DNA of 64,000 nucleotides from the human T2T-CHM13v2.0 reference genome, Homo sapiens, in assembly GCF_009914755.1 (NCBI RefSeq), contig NC_060925.1. The stretch is one strand, 5' to 3'. The notes beneath the pieces are model-generated. The model did no database searches and was not told the DNA's origin. It saw only the letters and a program-made list of their open reading frames with translations. Shown piece after piece: positions 13,794 through 28,708 of this stretch (positions within the stretch are counted from its first letter, which is position 1; every line of letters begins with the position of its first letter). The translations under genes were made by a program, and so were the position numbers.

Positions 13794-15450
13794 TTTTTCT
13801 TTGTTGTGTGTGACACCTCCCCACACAGGTCAGGGTGACACATAGTAATACAGTCTCCCTACAGATGAGAACATGAACACTGAGGGACTGCCTGGATCCC
13901 GCGGCTGGCTTTGGGTGGGGTGGAACCAGGCCCGGAGCCCAGACTGTCAACTTCTGTCCTGTCTCGATTCCGTGGCCCTAGTCCTCCCTGCCTGTACTCC
14001 TGGCTCCTTTCTGGGGCTGACTGGACAATGGTCTGAGTTAAAGTCCACCACTCTGTCCAATTCAGACTCCATGAAGGAAGCTGCCTGGTGGCATCTGGCA
14101 CAGGCACAGCCCCTGTCCAAGCATCTGCAACCCTTTAGAGGCTGAAGAGTCCCAGCATCCAGGTCAGTATCCTCTAGTCATTGACAGAATGCAGCCCTGC
14201 CAAGGTGGCCTGGAGCCAAGGCTTCCATGTCCCAGCCAGCCACAGTGGCCCCTGACCTTCAGACAAAAAGCCAAGGCTCTCTAAGAGGAGGAGGCACTCC
14301 CACCTGCGTCCGCACTGCTGCTCCACCCTGAAAATGCCGAGTAACAAATGGGACTGGATTTGAACGGTGTTGTTAAATAGCGCTTCACAAAGCACTCTCC
14401 CATGCGCTCCTCATCCCATCCTCACAACAGCTCAGCAGAGCTGGAATAAAGGCCCCATGTTCTAGATGAGAAGATCGAGACCCAGGAAGGTCACAGGGCT
14501 GGCCAAAGACACACCAAGAAAAAAGGTCATGGCCGAGACTTGACCCCAGTTTTTCTGACTCTGAGCTCTGGTCTTCGTCAATCTCTCGCCTGCTGCCCAG
14601 ATGTGAATCTATCTGTGCTCCTCCAGCCAAAGGACCGGGATGGTTTCCGGATTCACATGCACATGAGGAAAAACATCTGGATAGTTTAGAACTTCTCAGG
14701 TCCACAGCAGTGCAGGTCAGCCTGAAGGGCCGGGGGCTGGGGGAAGCTCATTGTCACCAGAAGATGCTTCAGATCTGTTCTCTCCTGTCTGACCCTCCTG
14801 GCCCGGGTTGAACCATCCTCCCTATGTCAGCCAAACTGGAAGTGCACCCTGGAGGCCCAGCCAATGTTTCTCTGGGTACCAAGTCACTCCTGGGCAGCAA
14901 GAAACAGAGGCCTTCTCGGCCACAGCAGACTCTTACTCTGTCTAGAAAATGACACCCCCAGCCTAGACCCACAAGGGTGAAGACCACACCATTCACAAAA
15001 AGCAGACTCCTTGGTGGAGTTTGGTGCAGCATATGTGGGGGTACACAAGGCAGGTCTGCCTCACTGAAGGGATGAACTGAGTGGCCCAAGTTCAGAAAGG
15101 ACAAGAGACACAAAAGGCAGAGCAATGCATCAGGGGCTCTCCCGGTCCGATGGTGCTCAGTGAGGGTCCCGAATACGGCAGCCTCGCTCAACATGAAGCC
15201 CTATGTTTGCCTCTGGGATCCCCACTTTGAAGACAACTTAACAGTTATTCGAAAGCCACAGGGCGGCCTCGCAGTTTCCTCTCCCATTTGGGTCCAAACC
15301 AGAAGAGAAGAGCCACGATCTTGGGCACCGTCTTGTAAAATCACCCAAGTAGCTGCTAAGGGAGTGGGTTTTGGGGGTGGGGATGGGCTCGGCTCAGAGC
15401 AAGGCCAAAGGATCAGCCGCTGCATGAAGGGGTGAGGTGGGGGCACCTAC

Positions 15451-15546
15451 CTGGACTTCACGTGTGTGGTAGGCGATGATCAAGCCCAAAAGGATGATGG
15501 TGGACAGACTGATAAGGCATTTCAGGGCCAACGAAAACATGGAGTC
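15451..15546 (-). CDS. KCNN3: KCNN3 exon 2 (96 bp, S2 segment), not shown in the ORF track
   Basis: Reverse complement translates [32 protein letters not shown]. Acceptor ...ttcctgcag with pyrimidine tract and branch-like CCCTAAT (15571-15577); donor CAG|GTAGGT; phase 0 at both ends. Confidence 0.98.
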
Positions 15547-16259
15547 CTGCAGGAACAATGGAGAGAGAGAATTAGGGAGTGCGGGGAAAGGAGCGTCTCA
15601 CTTTATTCTGCGGCTGTGTAAAAGAGAAGGGGTGGGGACACAGGAGGGACTGTTACCAGCCCCTCCTAGGAGCAGGTGTAGCACAAAGTCAGCCTGAGCC
15701 CCACAAAAGCCTTGGGCTGTGCCCGGGCCGGCTCTGTCTCAGCAGCTGCCCCCTTTGAGCCTCTGTTTTCTCGGGCTAAGTCGTATTTGCATTCCTGGGA
15801 TGAACGCTACTTGGGCATGATGTATTATGTTTGTTATACACGGCTAGATTCAGTTTGCTGATGTGTTATTTAGAATTTGTGCTTCCATGCTCATAACTCA
15901 TATGAACGTCATTCTTTGTTGTGCCGCTATTACATGGTTTGGGCATCAATATTACGCCAGCTTGGGCCTCTGTTTTCTCTTAAACCCAAACCAGAGGATT
16001 TCGGAGGCAGAATTCTTTCAGGAATGAATTTGAATGTCCCGGCAGCTGCTCTCATCTCCTGGCTTAGGCCAAGGGCAGGGGAGGGAGGCAGGGACGGCAG
16101 AGGAGCTACTGGAGAGAGAAGCCAGGAAGCACAGGAGCAGAGAGGGGTCCTGGCAGGAGAAGGACCCTGATGGTCCCTCCTGCTAGGGATTAGGTGGGGG
16201 AGGTGAGCCCCGTGGCCTCCACTGCAGCCTTTCAGTCCCAGGGCAGCTTAGAGAAACCG

Positions 16260-16500
16260 AGAAGTGTGGTTAAGAGCATGACCTCCGGGGCCAGACTGCT
16301 GGGTCCCAGCCCTGCGACAGCCATTTAGGGCTACCTGACCTTGGAACGCCCACTCCACCTCTCTGCACCAGCATGCCTCCTGTGTCAGATGGAGATAATA
16401 TTCTGGACTACCTCACAGGGCTGTTGTGAAAATAAAGGAGTTAATGTATGCAAAGTGCCCAGAACAGTGCCTGGCCAAGTAAGTGTTAACTACCCTTATC
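16260..16500 (-). mobile_element. MIR, near full length
   Basis: gtggttaagagcat...gaccttgg...tacctcacagggctgttgtga...agaacagtgcctggc. Confidence 0.8.
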
Positions 16501-18682
16501 ATTTACTTTGCATCCTCTACAAATCAGGGTGTCTGGGTTGGAACTTGGTGCACCTCTGGGCATTTCGAAGCTGGAAGTAGAGATAGCTCCTAGTTCCAAA
16601 GGAAGGCGGGAACACAGCCCTGAGCAAAGGCAGCAGATGAGATCCAGGAAGCATTTCCAAGCAGTGACTGTGTGTATGGCGGCCCTGCACTTGGTCCTGA
16701 GTGGTGCACGCCACAAAAGAAACATTCCCTTCCTCAGGGAGCTGGTCATTAGAAGAATGATGCCTGATTTCTGGAAGGCACCTTACAGTTTACAAGGTGG
16801 TTTCACGTATTTGTTCTCATCCATCCTCACAACAGCCCTCGGCCTTTTACCTTATAGATATTACAGGCTGAGGCCCAGAGGAGGGTGGGTGGCTTGTGCC
16901 AGAATTCAAAGTCAAGGCCTCTGACTCGCAGTACAGAGCACTGCCCACAAGCCCTCAGGCACACTCTCCAATGGGAAACAACTTAGAAACATGGGAAGCA
17001 TCCATTTAAATAGACCTAAATGACATCTTAAGACAACAAGGTAAGGTAGAGTATGATCAATTGCCAGAGTGAAACCTACAGTAGAGCTAGGGGAGCTCAA
17101 AGGAGGGAGGCCACTGTGGATGGGTCAGAGACAGCTTTCAGAGGCAGATGTGAGGAGCAGCTGAGATCTGTGGGGTGAGGCGGTATGTCCAATATGGCAA
17201 CCACAAGAATGAGAGGAGGGCTTGGGACTCGAACCCAGGACTTCCAAGTGCCCAGGTCCATGCTCTCGGCCCCACTCTGTGTGCTGAGATGGAATGAAAG
17301 TGCTCTCCCTGATGTCTATTAATCTCCCCATTCATTTAATTGGTACAGTTCTTGAGGCCCACTGGAGATACAAAGAAAACTAATAAAGTAACTAATTCAT
17401 TCACTCTTTCACAAAAATTTCAACCACTTCTCATTTGCTGAGCACTTGCTAGATATCCAACAGTGTGCTAGATTCTATATATACAGTGATATACACCAGA
17501 AGCTTCTGATCTGGCTTATTCACTAACTCTGACTTTCTACATTGCATGGGGTCGTCCAACTATGGGAAAAGGTCTCCATTATTTGCTATGCATAAGATGA
17601 TCTACACATAAGCCAGTCTTCTTTTAGCCTCTTCATGTTCCACAGTTCCATAAAAGCAGCCTGCAATCATTTACTCAGCACACATGTATGGGGGCCTAAG
17701 GAGGGCTGGTGCTGTTCTGGTCCAACATAAGCACAGAGAAGGACAGAACACAGTGCTGGCCCTCAAAAATATTTTGATCTTCACAAGCACTTCCTGGTGC
17801 CTGAAATGCTACCCAACCACAAGACCCAGATGGGGCTGAAAAGAGCAAATGGTGAATTCAGGAACACTCAGACTGTATTAGGGTAAAACAAACCTCCCTA
17901 CATCAATCAACTGGGGATCAACTGGGGACAGCTCACAATGTTTTCCATCCAGAAATGACCATAACTTTCTTTTCAAAGGGGTCTGAAAGCATCTGGGAGC
18001 ATCACACCTCCCCGGGAAGGATTTGGGATCAGCTGCACATTTCAGCCCCTTATTTATTTCTTTTGGCAGCAATGAATTGACATCAGAATCCAAGTCTATT
18101 TCCATCATTTTAAAGGAAGCAGTGAAGGGAAAGGGGCCAGATGCTCTCTCCTTTGGGCCTCTTCCTTTTGTCCTAAAGCTCAAAACCTTTACATGAACAG
18201 GCAACTCCCACCTGCTTCTTGGTTTTGGCCAGTACAACCTCCCTGGCCAGCTCCAGCCCCGTGGGATGACCAAGCTGTGTGCTGGATCAACAGGGACTCT
18301 CGATATCTTACAGATTTCTTTGCATTCTCCATCGCATGTCAATAAAAAAAATTAACCAACCGCTTTTAATAGCTGGAAAACATGTCAAAGAAGTCTGGCT
18401 GAACTAGGAATGTTTTCTATTTGGTAAAATGTTGAATTAGCATCTTCTCTTTGCTGCCTGAACATCAGTGAAGCTTGAAATTGATATGGTTCCTTGGGGG
18501 ATGGCAGTGACACCGGGCTGCCATACATCCCAGGATAGGGTACCTGCCACACGCATTGCCCCCACTCACTCCTATCTGAGGACCAATAAGGGGCTTGTAG
18601 AACAGAGGGAATCCAGCGGTCAACTGGTCAACCCTTCTGCCCCGTGACTCAGAACTTTTCAACACAGAGTAACAATCCTTAA

Positions 18683-19041
<359 letters not shown>

Positions 19042-19147
19042 TAAAGTCATTTATTCCTAAATGCCCACAAATTTTCAAGTGGTTAAGTAGATTTGAGATC
19101 AGGCAGTGATGGAACACTACGCAGCCACTAAAAACACTTCTGCACAC

Positions 19148-19521
<374 letters not shown>

Positions 19522-20871
19522 TCAGACCCCAAAACGATATGTAGTATATTTCCAATTATTTCATTTTTAAGCTTTTTTAGTGTAGAAAAAGACTGAAAAT
19601 ATGTCAATAGAATTCCTAAGAGCTGCCTCCATCCATGTGGTCCCTGTTCTGCTCCAGGCCACGAGCCAGCCCTTCACAGATCTGTGATTTCTCATTGATG
19701 ACAATAATCTGTAATAAAGCACATCTATAGGGGCCTACCATGCAAGGATGGCATTGTCAACCCACTCTTACAGAGGAGAAAGCTTAAGCTCTCAGAAGTT
19801 AGGTAACTTGTCCAAGGGCATGTTACCTAACTTCTCACCATGGCAAAGCCAGGATTTGCAAAAGCCAGGTTTTACACCCAGATCTGTCTGCCTCCAGGTT
19901 CCATTGCCCCGCCTGTGTCCCAGCACCCCACCTGCTCTGGCGGCCACGCCTTGCTGGCCCTCCAATATCTGCAGCGAGGCTTCTTAGAGCTGTTCCAGCC
20001 TTTCCTCCCCTGAGGCTGTGCAGAGGGTGATGGAGTGTGTTCCCCAGCTTCTGAGCCAGCCACATAAATTGCTCTCCTGGCCTGCCTTGTAGCTTCCAAA
20101 AACAGGCCAGAACTGTAATGATTATGGTATATCTTCCCAGAGACTTTGAAGTTCTAAATGTATTTTATTGTTTGGGTCATCGCAAAAAAGAGAAAGCTAT
20201 GCTTACAGACAGAGACCTGGAGGGGCACTGAACCAAACTGAAATATTAGCTTAACTGAGATAATGATGCGCAGGCTCCTTCCCCAACCAAGCTGTTACCC
20301 ACAAAGAGTATATGTGTATGGTTGTGTGTGTGTGTGTTTATACACATATGTGGTCCATTCACGATTTCTGTCACTGGCTGAAACCCCCAAAGGGAAAAGG
20401 TGATAGTATCTGAAGTTCATAATTTCTGAATTAAGGTCTGATGTGCCTGCCTGACATCACTATGTTTTGTGCATTCAATCTGGGAAATAATTGATTTAGA
20501 AATCTTTTCTATCTAATAAGGTCAACTTTTCCTTCAATTTCATGGAGAGGCTCCAAAATTGATTGATATTCAACATCGGCTTATGACTGTGGTTCTGTAA
20601 TGGTTGTCCTAATTAGATACTCTTGCTAATTAATGCTATGCAAATTAAACCAGCCCCTCTTCCGCTAAAGGGAAGACCGCATCACTGGTCGCTGTTCTCC
20701 ATGGAGACCTGAGGCTTCTTTCCCTCCACATCAGCACCAAGCCCTGGCCTTCCTCATTCCTCAATCTCACACTGTCCAGTTCTTGGGATCTTTCATTCTT
20801 ACCCATCATCCTCAGCTCCTATCTTAGCACAGCCTCCTCCTCCCAGGTGCAGCACCCTAATTTAATTGCAA

Positions 20872-21195
20872 GCCCAGGCGTGGTGGCTCACGCCTGTAAG
20901 TCCAACACTTTGGGAGGCCAAGGCAGGTGGATCACTTGAGGTCGGGAGCTCAAGACCGGCCTGGCCATCATGGTGAAACCCCATCTCTACTAAAAATACA
21001 AAAATTAGCTGGGCATGGTGGTGCAAGCCTGTAGTCTCAGCTTCTCAGGAGGCTGAGGCAGGAGAATGGCTTGAACCCAGGAGGCAGAAGTTGCAGTGAA
21101 CCGAGATCACACCACTGCACTCCAGCCTGGGAGACAGAGCAAGACTCTGTCTCAATAATAATAATAATAATAACAACAACAATAATAATAATAAT
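20872..21195 (+). mobile_element. AluS with (AAT)n/(AAC)n microsatellite tail
   Basis: Full dimer; taattgca on both flanks. Confidence 0.95.
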
Positions 21196-24100
21196 TGCAG
21201 CTGTTGGCCCTCCCAGCATCCTCAGAGCGGCTTCCCAACCTGGCTCCTACCAGAAGTCAGCTAACAGAATCCTGTTTCAGTCACTAATGAATGAAGTGAC
21301 AGAATGAAGTCACTCAGACCCTCTCTCTCCCAGGACTGTCCAACCTGAGACCGGGAGAGACAGCCGATGCTGTCACAGTGGGAAGGGAGACTCTGGGGAC
21401 TCCAGAGGGCAGCTGGACCTCTGACCAGCCTGAGAAGGGAGAAGGGCCTGATACTTGCTAGCCAAGACAGCTCTGGAACAGAGGCCCAGGGTGTGCATCC
21501 GAGGGCGCAGGAGTCTCAGCCTCCTCCATAGTGAATGCCTGGCCTGGACAAGTTGCTTCCTTCTCCTAAGCCTCAGCCCCCAGTAAAATGAGACTCCTGG
21601 ACAGAACCTTCTCCGAAGTTCAGTTAAGCCTGATGACCAAGGCGCCGAGCACACATGCCATGACAAACAGGTCATAGGGACATGTCCAACACTCATTCCT
21701 TTTTTTTTTTTTCTTAGGAGTTTTCTTTTCCCAGGCATTTCTGTGATGAAATGTTGGGTGTGAAACGGTCAGCCACAAAACCCACTCACACCATCTTCTC
21801 CTCAAACACAACAAGGCAAGCTTCCTATTTTTAGTCATGGGGGGGCTAACGAAGATGTTCCTTGTCTCTTTCTAAATAACATAGGATTTGAAACCAAAAG
21901 GCCAGAGTTCAAGTCATGTCTTTGCTACTAACTAGCTGTGTGACACTGGATCGGTCCTTTAACCTCTCTGGGCCTCTGGTTTCTTCTCTGCAAACAAGAA
22001 CTACCCTTACTTTTCTCACAGCTGTTAGGGGATGAGATGAGATCATGCATATGAAAAATCTCATTCTGTTTTCACACAAAGAGAAGCATGCATTCCCTTG
22101 TAGTCAAACACCCCTTCTCTTGCCACACAGATGTCAGTGCAGGTAAATGCAGCTGATCCTCAGTCCGGAGCTGCTCACTGCACCCCCAATATCAGCATTT
22201 TATGGCTGCAATAATTTATAAAGATATCCCTGAGGCATTTCAGAAAGACACCTTTGCAATCCGCATAGCCAAACATTCATTCACTTGTGCATTCATACAA
22301 CATATATTCACTGAGCACTTACCATGCCCAGGCACTGTGCTGGGCAATTGCCAAATGCCAGGGATTCCCCACCCGCTCCAACCCCAACCTGCTGAGCCTG
22401 AATCCCATCCAGGAGCTCCCAGGAGCTCATCCCAAGGGCTGCCCTCTGCACCATCATCGCCCCGTCACCTTGACATCCCATCCTGTCCCTCTTGGACACT
22501 CTCCCTGGCCTCTCTGTCCTGCCCACAGTGCAAGGTCAAGAAGAGATGGGCCAAGGGTCAGGTCAGGGGGCCCTGGAGGACACATCAGGCTGGGACAGCC
22601 AGGAATGGGCAGGAAGCCCAGGCTGAGGGAGAAAACCCACAAGTGGTTCCTTTGCGCTCGAGTGACCAGCTCTCTCCACGGCAGAGCTCAAGAATGGATA
22701 TTAGAGGCCAAGCTCCAGGAACCTTTCCTGCCTGCCTGAGCCCACTGTGTGGGTGAGGACATCTTTACCACAGGTCCCAGGGGCTGGAGATGGGGCTAAA
22801 CCTCACTGCCACCTTTTCTCCAGCCCAGTCACCTTCTTACATGAAGCTTCTGTTCTGGGCCCACCCCTCAACCCCACAGCCAGGGGATGCTTGAGGTGGA
22901 TCCCCAGTGGGCGGAAAGCTGAGACAAGACCATCCACACTCTCCTCTCAGTCCCAGGAGCCAGCCAGGCATCATGAGCCAGCTGACCCGCATCAGGATGC
23001 GGGGTCTGACCTAGACCCGAGAGCAGGTGGCTCCTCAGAGCCCTGTCTTCAGTCCTCCTGTGCCCTCCTCAGCCCCCATCCCTGAACGGGGTCCATATAC
23101 CCACCATCGAAGCTGGGAGCCATTACCTGCTTTAATAGTACACAGGGTAACCTCAGCACCAGGAACCCCGCTGGTCTGCCCTGGGCCCCACACCCTTCCC
23201 GAGGCTGGCCATGCCTGGTGTCTCCCATTGGCACTGCCCAGCTGGGGTGACCAGAGCACCTTTCACCATCTGACCCCATTTTCCCACTGATGTTGTTCTC
23301 ACACCCCCACCAGAGTGTCAACCCCAGAGGGCAGGGAATTTTTACATTGCATTTGTTCACTCCTAGAGCCCCATGCCTAGAACACTGGTCTGGCACATAG
23401 TAAGTCAATAAATATTAGTTGAACGTTGAATATTTGAAGGAAGGGAGCAAAATTTTTGAGATATGTCAAGCAGGTAGACACTTCCATCCTGAATTTCCAA
23501 ATTCATCAAAACTAAAGAGAGGTGATGAAAGTAACAGCTAACATTTATTATTCACTTACCAGAGGCCAGGTACTGTGCTAATTTCGTTAGGTCCTCAGAA
23601 CAACCCATGGCCCCATTCTAGAGATGAGGGATCTGAAGCCTGGAGAGGGTCACATTCCCACCGTCCCTGGATGAGGAAGAGGTGGGGGCTAGATTCAAAC
23701 CTGTGCTCTCACCACTGATCCAGAGGGAACCTCAGGAAGACAGGATGGCAATTGCCAGAACATCACCCTTGCAGGCCCTGCCCTTACCGGTCCCACCTGC
23801 TCTCTGAAGAAGCCCCCAGTTGTGTGGCTTTAGTGGTGTGATAGATGGTGAACAGACTGAGCTCAGGGCTTGGGGTCTTCACCGTCTCTGCAGACTGGGC
23901 CCGGCACGGGGAAACTAGGCAGATAATACTTGTGGCGTGAAGGAAGCCAGTGGTCTCGACACAAAACTCATAAAGTCAAGTTGCCCTGGAGCATTTCCCT
24001 GGATCTCTACGTTGCCACTCCCAGAAGGAGACGGAACCTGATGTCTGAGGGACATCATGCAGTTAATAACAAGGGCATTCAGGTCTGAGCAGAGGGTGGC

Positions 24101-27100
24101 CTACTAATTTTTAGTGAAGCCAGCATGATGACCAGGACACCAATTAAGAGAAAATGATCCTCCCCAGGCCCTGGCTCTCCCATTGTGTGATGTCCCAAGG
24201 AAGGCAGAAAAAGGTCATTTAGGAGACCACGCTCCCAAAATATCAAGTCAGACGGGGCACCCCTTCAGGCCACAAACATAATTCCAATTAAGGAGATGGT
24301 TTCCTTTATAAGGTCTGGGCAGAGGGGAACTGGCATATCATGAATTCTCTACTGCATGCTTGCTTATAATTTATTTTCCTGCCCCACTTACAATATTGGC
24401 AAAGATTCCATGCGATTCAATCAAACTTTTTATTACATGTTTGCCATGTGCCAGGCACTGTGCGGGAGGTGGAAACATACAGGATGAGGCCTTTTTAAAG
24501 GCAGTTTGGTCCTTGCTGCTCCTAAGGTAGCCAAAAGCTGGCCCACCTAGGATTCTTGCAGACACAAAGCAAGCACTTAACAAGTGTTTCTTGGGTAAAT
24601 GAATATGGAACGGTAAATACAGACTTAAACCTTTGGGCTCCATACAAAGGCAGAATGGGAGCAGAAGGGTTTGTAACTCCCCACCCCTACAGGGAGGATG
24701 GAGGTGGGATGGAAGCCCATCAAGCACCAATAGCCCGGGTCCTTGTAGAACTGAGGGGCTTGGCACCACCCCAGAGCAATTAAATTGGAATCTCTGCAAG
24801 TGAGGTCTCTGCACTAACTTTTAAAAAAAGATCTCAGTGAATCTAATGTGCGGGCCAGAAATGAGAATTGCTGTTCTGGGGCACAAAGAAAGAAGCCAGG
24901 AGGCTGGGGTTGCCCTCACAGCTCTGAGACACTGTGAAACAGACAGTCATACACACAAGCAATGGAGCTTAGAAGCCATCTAGTTCAGTGCCCCATGAGT
25001 CTCCTAAGATTTCTGGCACATGGCCATCCAGTCTCTGCTTGATTTTCTCCAGGGGTTGGAAACTCACTTCCTCTCAATGTAGCCCTGGAGAGACTCTATT
25101 TTGGATGGCTCTTTTTCAAAGATCTGCCTGCAGTGCTTGGTCCCAGTGAAACAAATGCCTCTGTGAAGACCTGCTCTGACTTTAGCATCCCGGTGTCTAT
25201 GTCAATGACTTTGACAAGTGAGCCTCTCCCTGGGACACACACTCATTAACGTACAGAACACCAGGAGATCAGCTAGTTCCCCAACCCTCATTCTCCACGA
25301 TGACACTGAGGCTGCCTTGCCCCCATCATACAGCATCCTGGCTTGGAGAAAACTTTAGAACCCAGGTGTTGGGGCTCCCGGCCTATGCTTACAGGGGCAG
25401 GCAGCCCGGCCCACCCTGCTTTTCATACTAACGGAAATATAACAACCGGTCCCTGAATTCATCTGTTCTCCAAAAGCCTGTATCCCTATCCTGGAAGTCA
25501 CCTCCAAGACTGTCACTTAGTCACTGTTTCCTTCTCCAATAAAAAAATGGGCTCCTGATGAGCTTTTAGCCTCCTCTGCTTGTGGAATGTGAGTGCTCTT
25601 GGCCAGTTAGCAATTACATTACTCTTGTGGTGTCAAGAAGTCCCTACAGCCTCCTCTGGCTTTGATGAATGCGTACCTGCCACTATGCATCAGGTTCTGA
25701 AGGTCCTGACACCATACCTTTATCTCAGGAGAACTGTATAGCATACTGAAGGTTCCTAGTCCCAGCCCCCAGATCTGTCCTGGCATCCAGGGTGTACAGA
25801 GTTACAGTGAAACACTTAACCTTTATTCACCCTCCTAGCGCCTCCCAGAACGCTGGTCAATTTGCCATCACCATGAGGGGTTCACCTAGCAAATATTTAC
25901 TGCTCCACCTGCCAAGGATCTGGCCCCCATATTTCATCCAGATTGCAGGAACCCCCATTTTCTTAAATGTTCTAGAATATTTGAAACAAATAATTGTGCT
26001 TTCTGGATGGCTTGCTTTGAAGTAGTTTTGCTTTCTCTTAGTAAAACCTATCTGGCTCCCAAATGAATAAAACAGCAGGAAATCACTTTGCTCTACAGAA
26101 AGCTGTGGGCTCCCTGTTAGACTGGGTTGCTGACTAGAACCAAACCAGCCTAGCTGGGCTTGTCCCAGGCCTGGGCTTCCCTTTCCCCATCCTGCCCCAG
26201 CCATCGCTGACAAGACGCACAACAGATTCCCAGATTCTCTGCAGGAGCTGTGGTCAGCTAATTACAGGGAACTGGCTACATTCATTTCAGATGGCTATAA
26301 CTTGAAATAATGTTGATTTTCATCACCTGATAGCCACAGAGAGGTATGTGGGTTTTAAAGACACAAAGCAAGGCCTACAGACAACTCCCCACCCTGGGTC
26401 TCTCAGCCTTATCACCCCTCCAATTGGCCTTCCCCCTTTCCTCCCTCCAGCCCTTGCCTCTGTCTGCACCAGAAGCTGCTGCAACACTAGGGCCCCAGCT
26501 GAACCTTCCAACTTCGTCAGAGAATTCCAAAATGGAGAAAACCACTACTACCCACCTGATGCTCAGAGGCAAACCCATTTCCATCCCCACACTGGGCAAA
26601 ATCATCCCCCAACCCCGGCAATGTTTGGGCCAAATGAAAATTTTTAAGACACCCAGAAATCACATATGGTGAGAAAAACAACCGCCTGCAGGCTCCACAG
26701 AAATCTCTGGAGGCTGTTCTGGAGTTTCCCAGATAAAGAACAGCCTCGTCCGTGTTTCCCAGCCATGCTTCCAGGCTTCCCGGAGTTGCCAGCATTCTGA
26801 GGGCAGCATCACCTTCCTTCCATTTCCACACCCACGGCCTTGCCAACAAACGTGAGACAGTGAGTCCTCCACCCAACACTCGACTTAGCTGGAAGAGGCC
26901 TTCTAAGCCATCAAGTCTGACTCCCCGATTCTATAGGCAAGCAAATTAAGGCCCAGAGAGGGACTCTGGCCTACCCAAGGCCACACACCAGTAACAGAAA
27001 GGGCTGATAATGCCCTAAGCCTTCCAAGGGTGGGGCTGGTGTTCTGCCACATCCTCACTCTGCCCATCCACCAGCTTGAACACTGTCTGAAAGGGACAGG

Positions 27101-28566
27101 CCCCTGTCTTAGTCCTCTCTCCACCCCTCTGCAGCTACTCAATTCAGGTTTGGGGAGTGAACATTTCCTCCATGCCTCATTCAAGGACAAATCAGGAGAA
27201 ACAATAATTACCTACTCCAGGTTCTCTATCTTCTTTTGGCTTAACAATACAAAAGCTTAAACATAAATAAAGGGAAATGGTCTGGAAAAATAAAAACCAG
27301 TTGGCATGGAACTATTGGCATCTCAGTGCGGCATAAGAAGTAGAAATGCTGTTTTTCAGAAACAGCACAGCCGTGAGTTTCCTAACATTTGGCACAGGTT
27401 TTTCAATTGTTTGGATGTGATGGACGATGTTGATAGAAGTGGTGGAGACCAAACACAGGCTATTAATAGACCAAACATGGCACTTGTATAATTCTTTCTC
27501 TCTCTCACTAGCTCTCTGGCACCAGACTGCTGCCAACCTGCCTACCTTTTACTTTGAGGTGCCATGAATTCCAGCAATGGGGCACGACACGAGCCCCACT
27601 GCCTGCCCATGTCCAAGCATGTTCATCTGAGAGCCTGGAGGAAGGCTGGAAGCCACACACCAACGTGGGCCACCAGCCTGTACAGGGCTTCAAGGAAACT
27701 GCAAGATGCAAAGACTCCTTGGGTGCTGGTCCTGCCTATCACGGGGCATGCAGTAGAGTCTCCCAAGTAGACTATCCATGGTCTAGGGGGGGTCAGGGAA
27801 CCTCCCAATTCCTCCATGTGGTTATTTCCTCCATTTCTTTCTCCAAGAACATGAGGCAGCCCCATCTCAAGGCGGGAGCTCATTCCACACTAATTGATTC
27901 AAGTTAGAGCCATTTCAAGGCAGAAGGATCTCCATGGTTCCCCTACAGGTGTTGCCTCTAGGAACTCTCCACAGATTCAAACTCTACAAGGACTTACTGA
28001 GTACCTGTTATATGACAGGCTCTGAGTCTACCCATCCATCTTCATATAAACTCTCACTTAATCCTCACAGGAAGGAACTGTCCCCACTTGACAAATGAGA
28101 AACTGAGGCACGGAATGATTATACAATTTGCCAAGATCACACAGCTGAACTGTGGGAGCCAGACTTGAAACACACAGCTTCTGATTCCAAGCCCAGGATT
28201 GGTAAGGACCGCAGCACAGTCCCGGCTGAGACCTACACCCTGAGCTCTTCACGGAGGAGGTCGCTTGTTCCTGCTCCACTGAAGCCAGATTTGCTACTTC
28301 TTTCCCCCTGAGCTGCACTTGTTTCCACATCCCCAGAACTCCCGGTCCTGACCAGCTGTCCTCTACCTGCATGGGGTCAGCCACCGAGGAAGCCAGGCCA
28401 AAGACTAGAGCTGGACCGTTTGACACCATCACCATCTTTAACATCTATTCAATGAGACTAAAAAATCCTTTCTTCCTTCCAGGGTTGTTGTGAGGAAGAG
28501 CAGATAATGAACGTGAAAATACTCTCCCAGTCGAGGGTTCCCACGGGCTTAAAACAGCCTATGCAG

Positions 28567-28708
28567 AGGGTGGCGATACATTCGGGTTTACCCAGGAGAG
28601 TCCAGTGTATGCCTGTTATCTGGCATAATTATTACTATGAATGGTAATCATTAATATAATAATCTCAAAAGTGTCCCAGTTTAGACAATGAATCATATGA
28701 TCACCCTA
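28567..28708. mobile_element. MER94-like hAT-Blackjack MITE
   Basis: agggtggcgata...ctcaaaagtgtcccagttt...atatgatcacccta terminal inverted repeats. Confidence 0.7.

Larger units (their letters stand above)
1..15450 (-). other. KCNN3: KCNN3 intron 2 (partial; exon 3 lies outside the window)
   Basis: Begins GTAGGT after exon 2; no further SK3 coding sequence recognised to the window edge. Confidence 0.9.

Noticed and set aside
23152-23170. REST/NRSE-like TCAGCACC half-sites (also near 1860, 20731, 51480, 60913)
   Set aside because: None has the GGACAG right half at the correct spacing.
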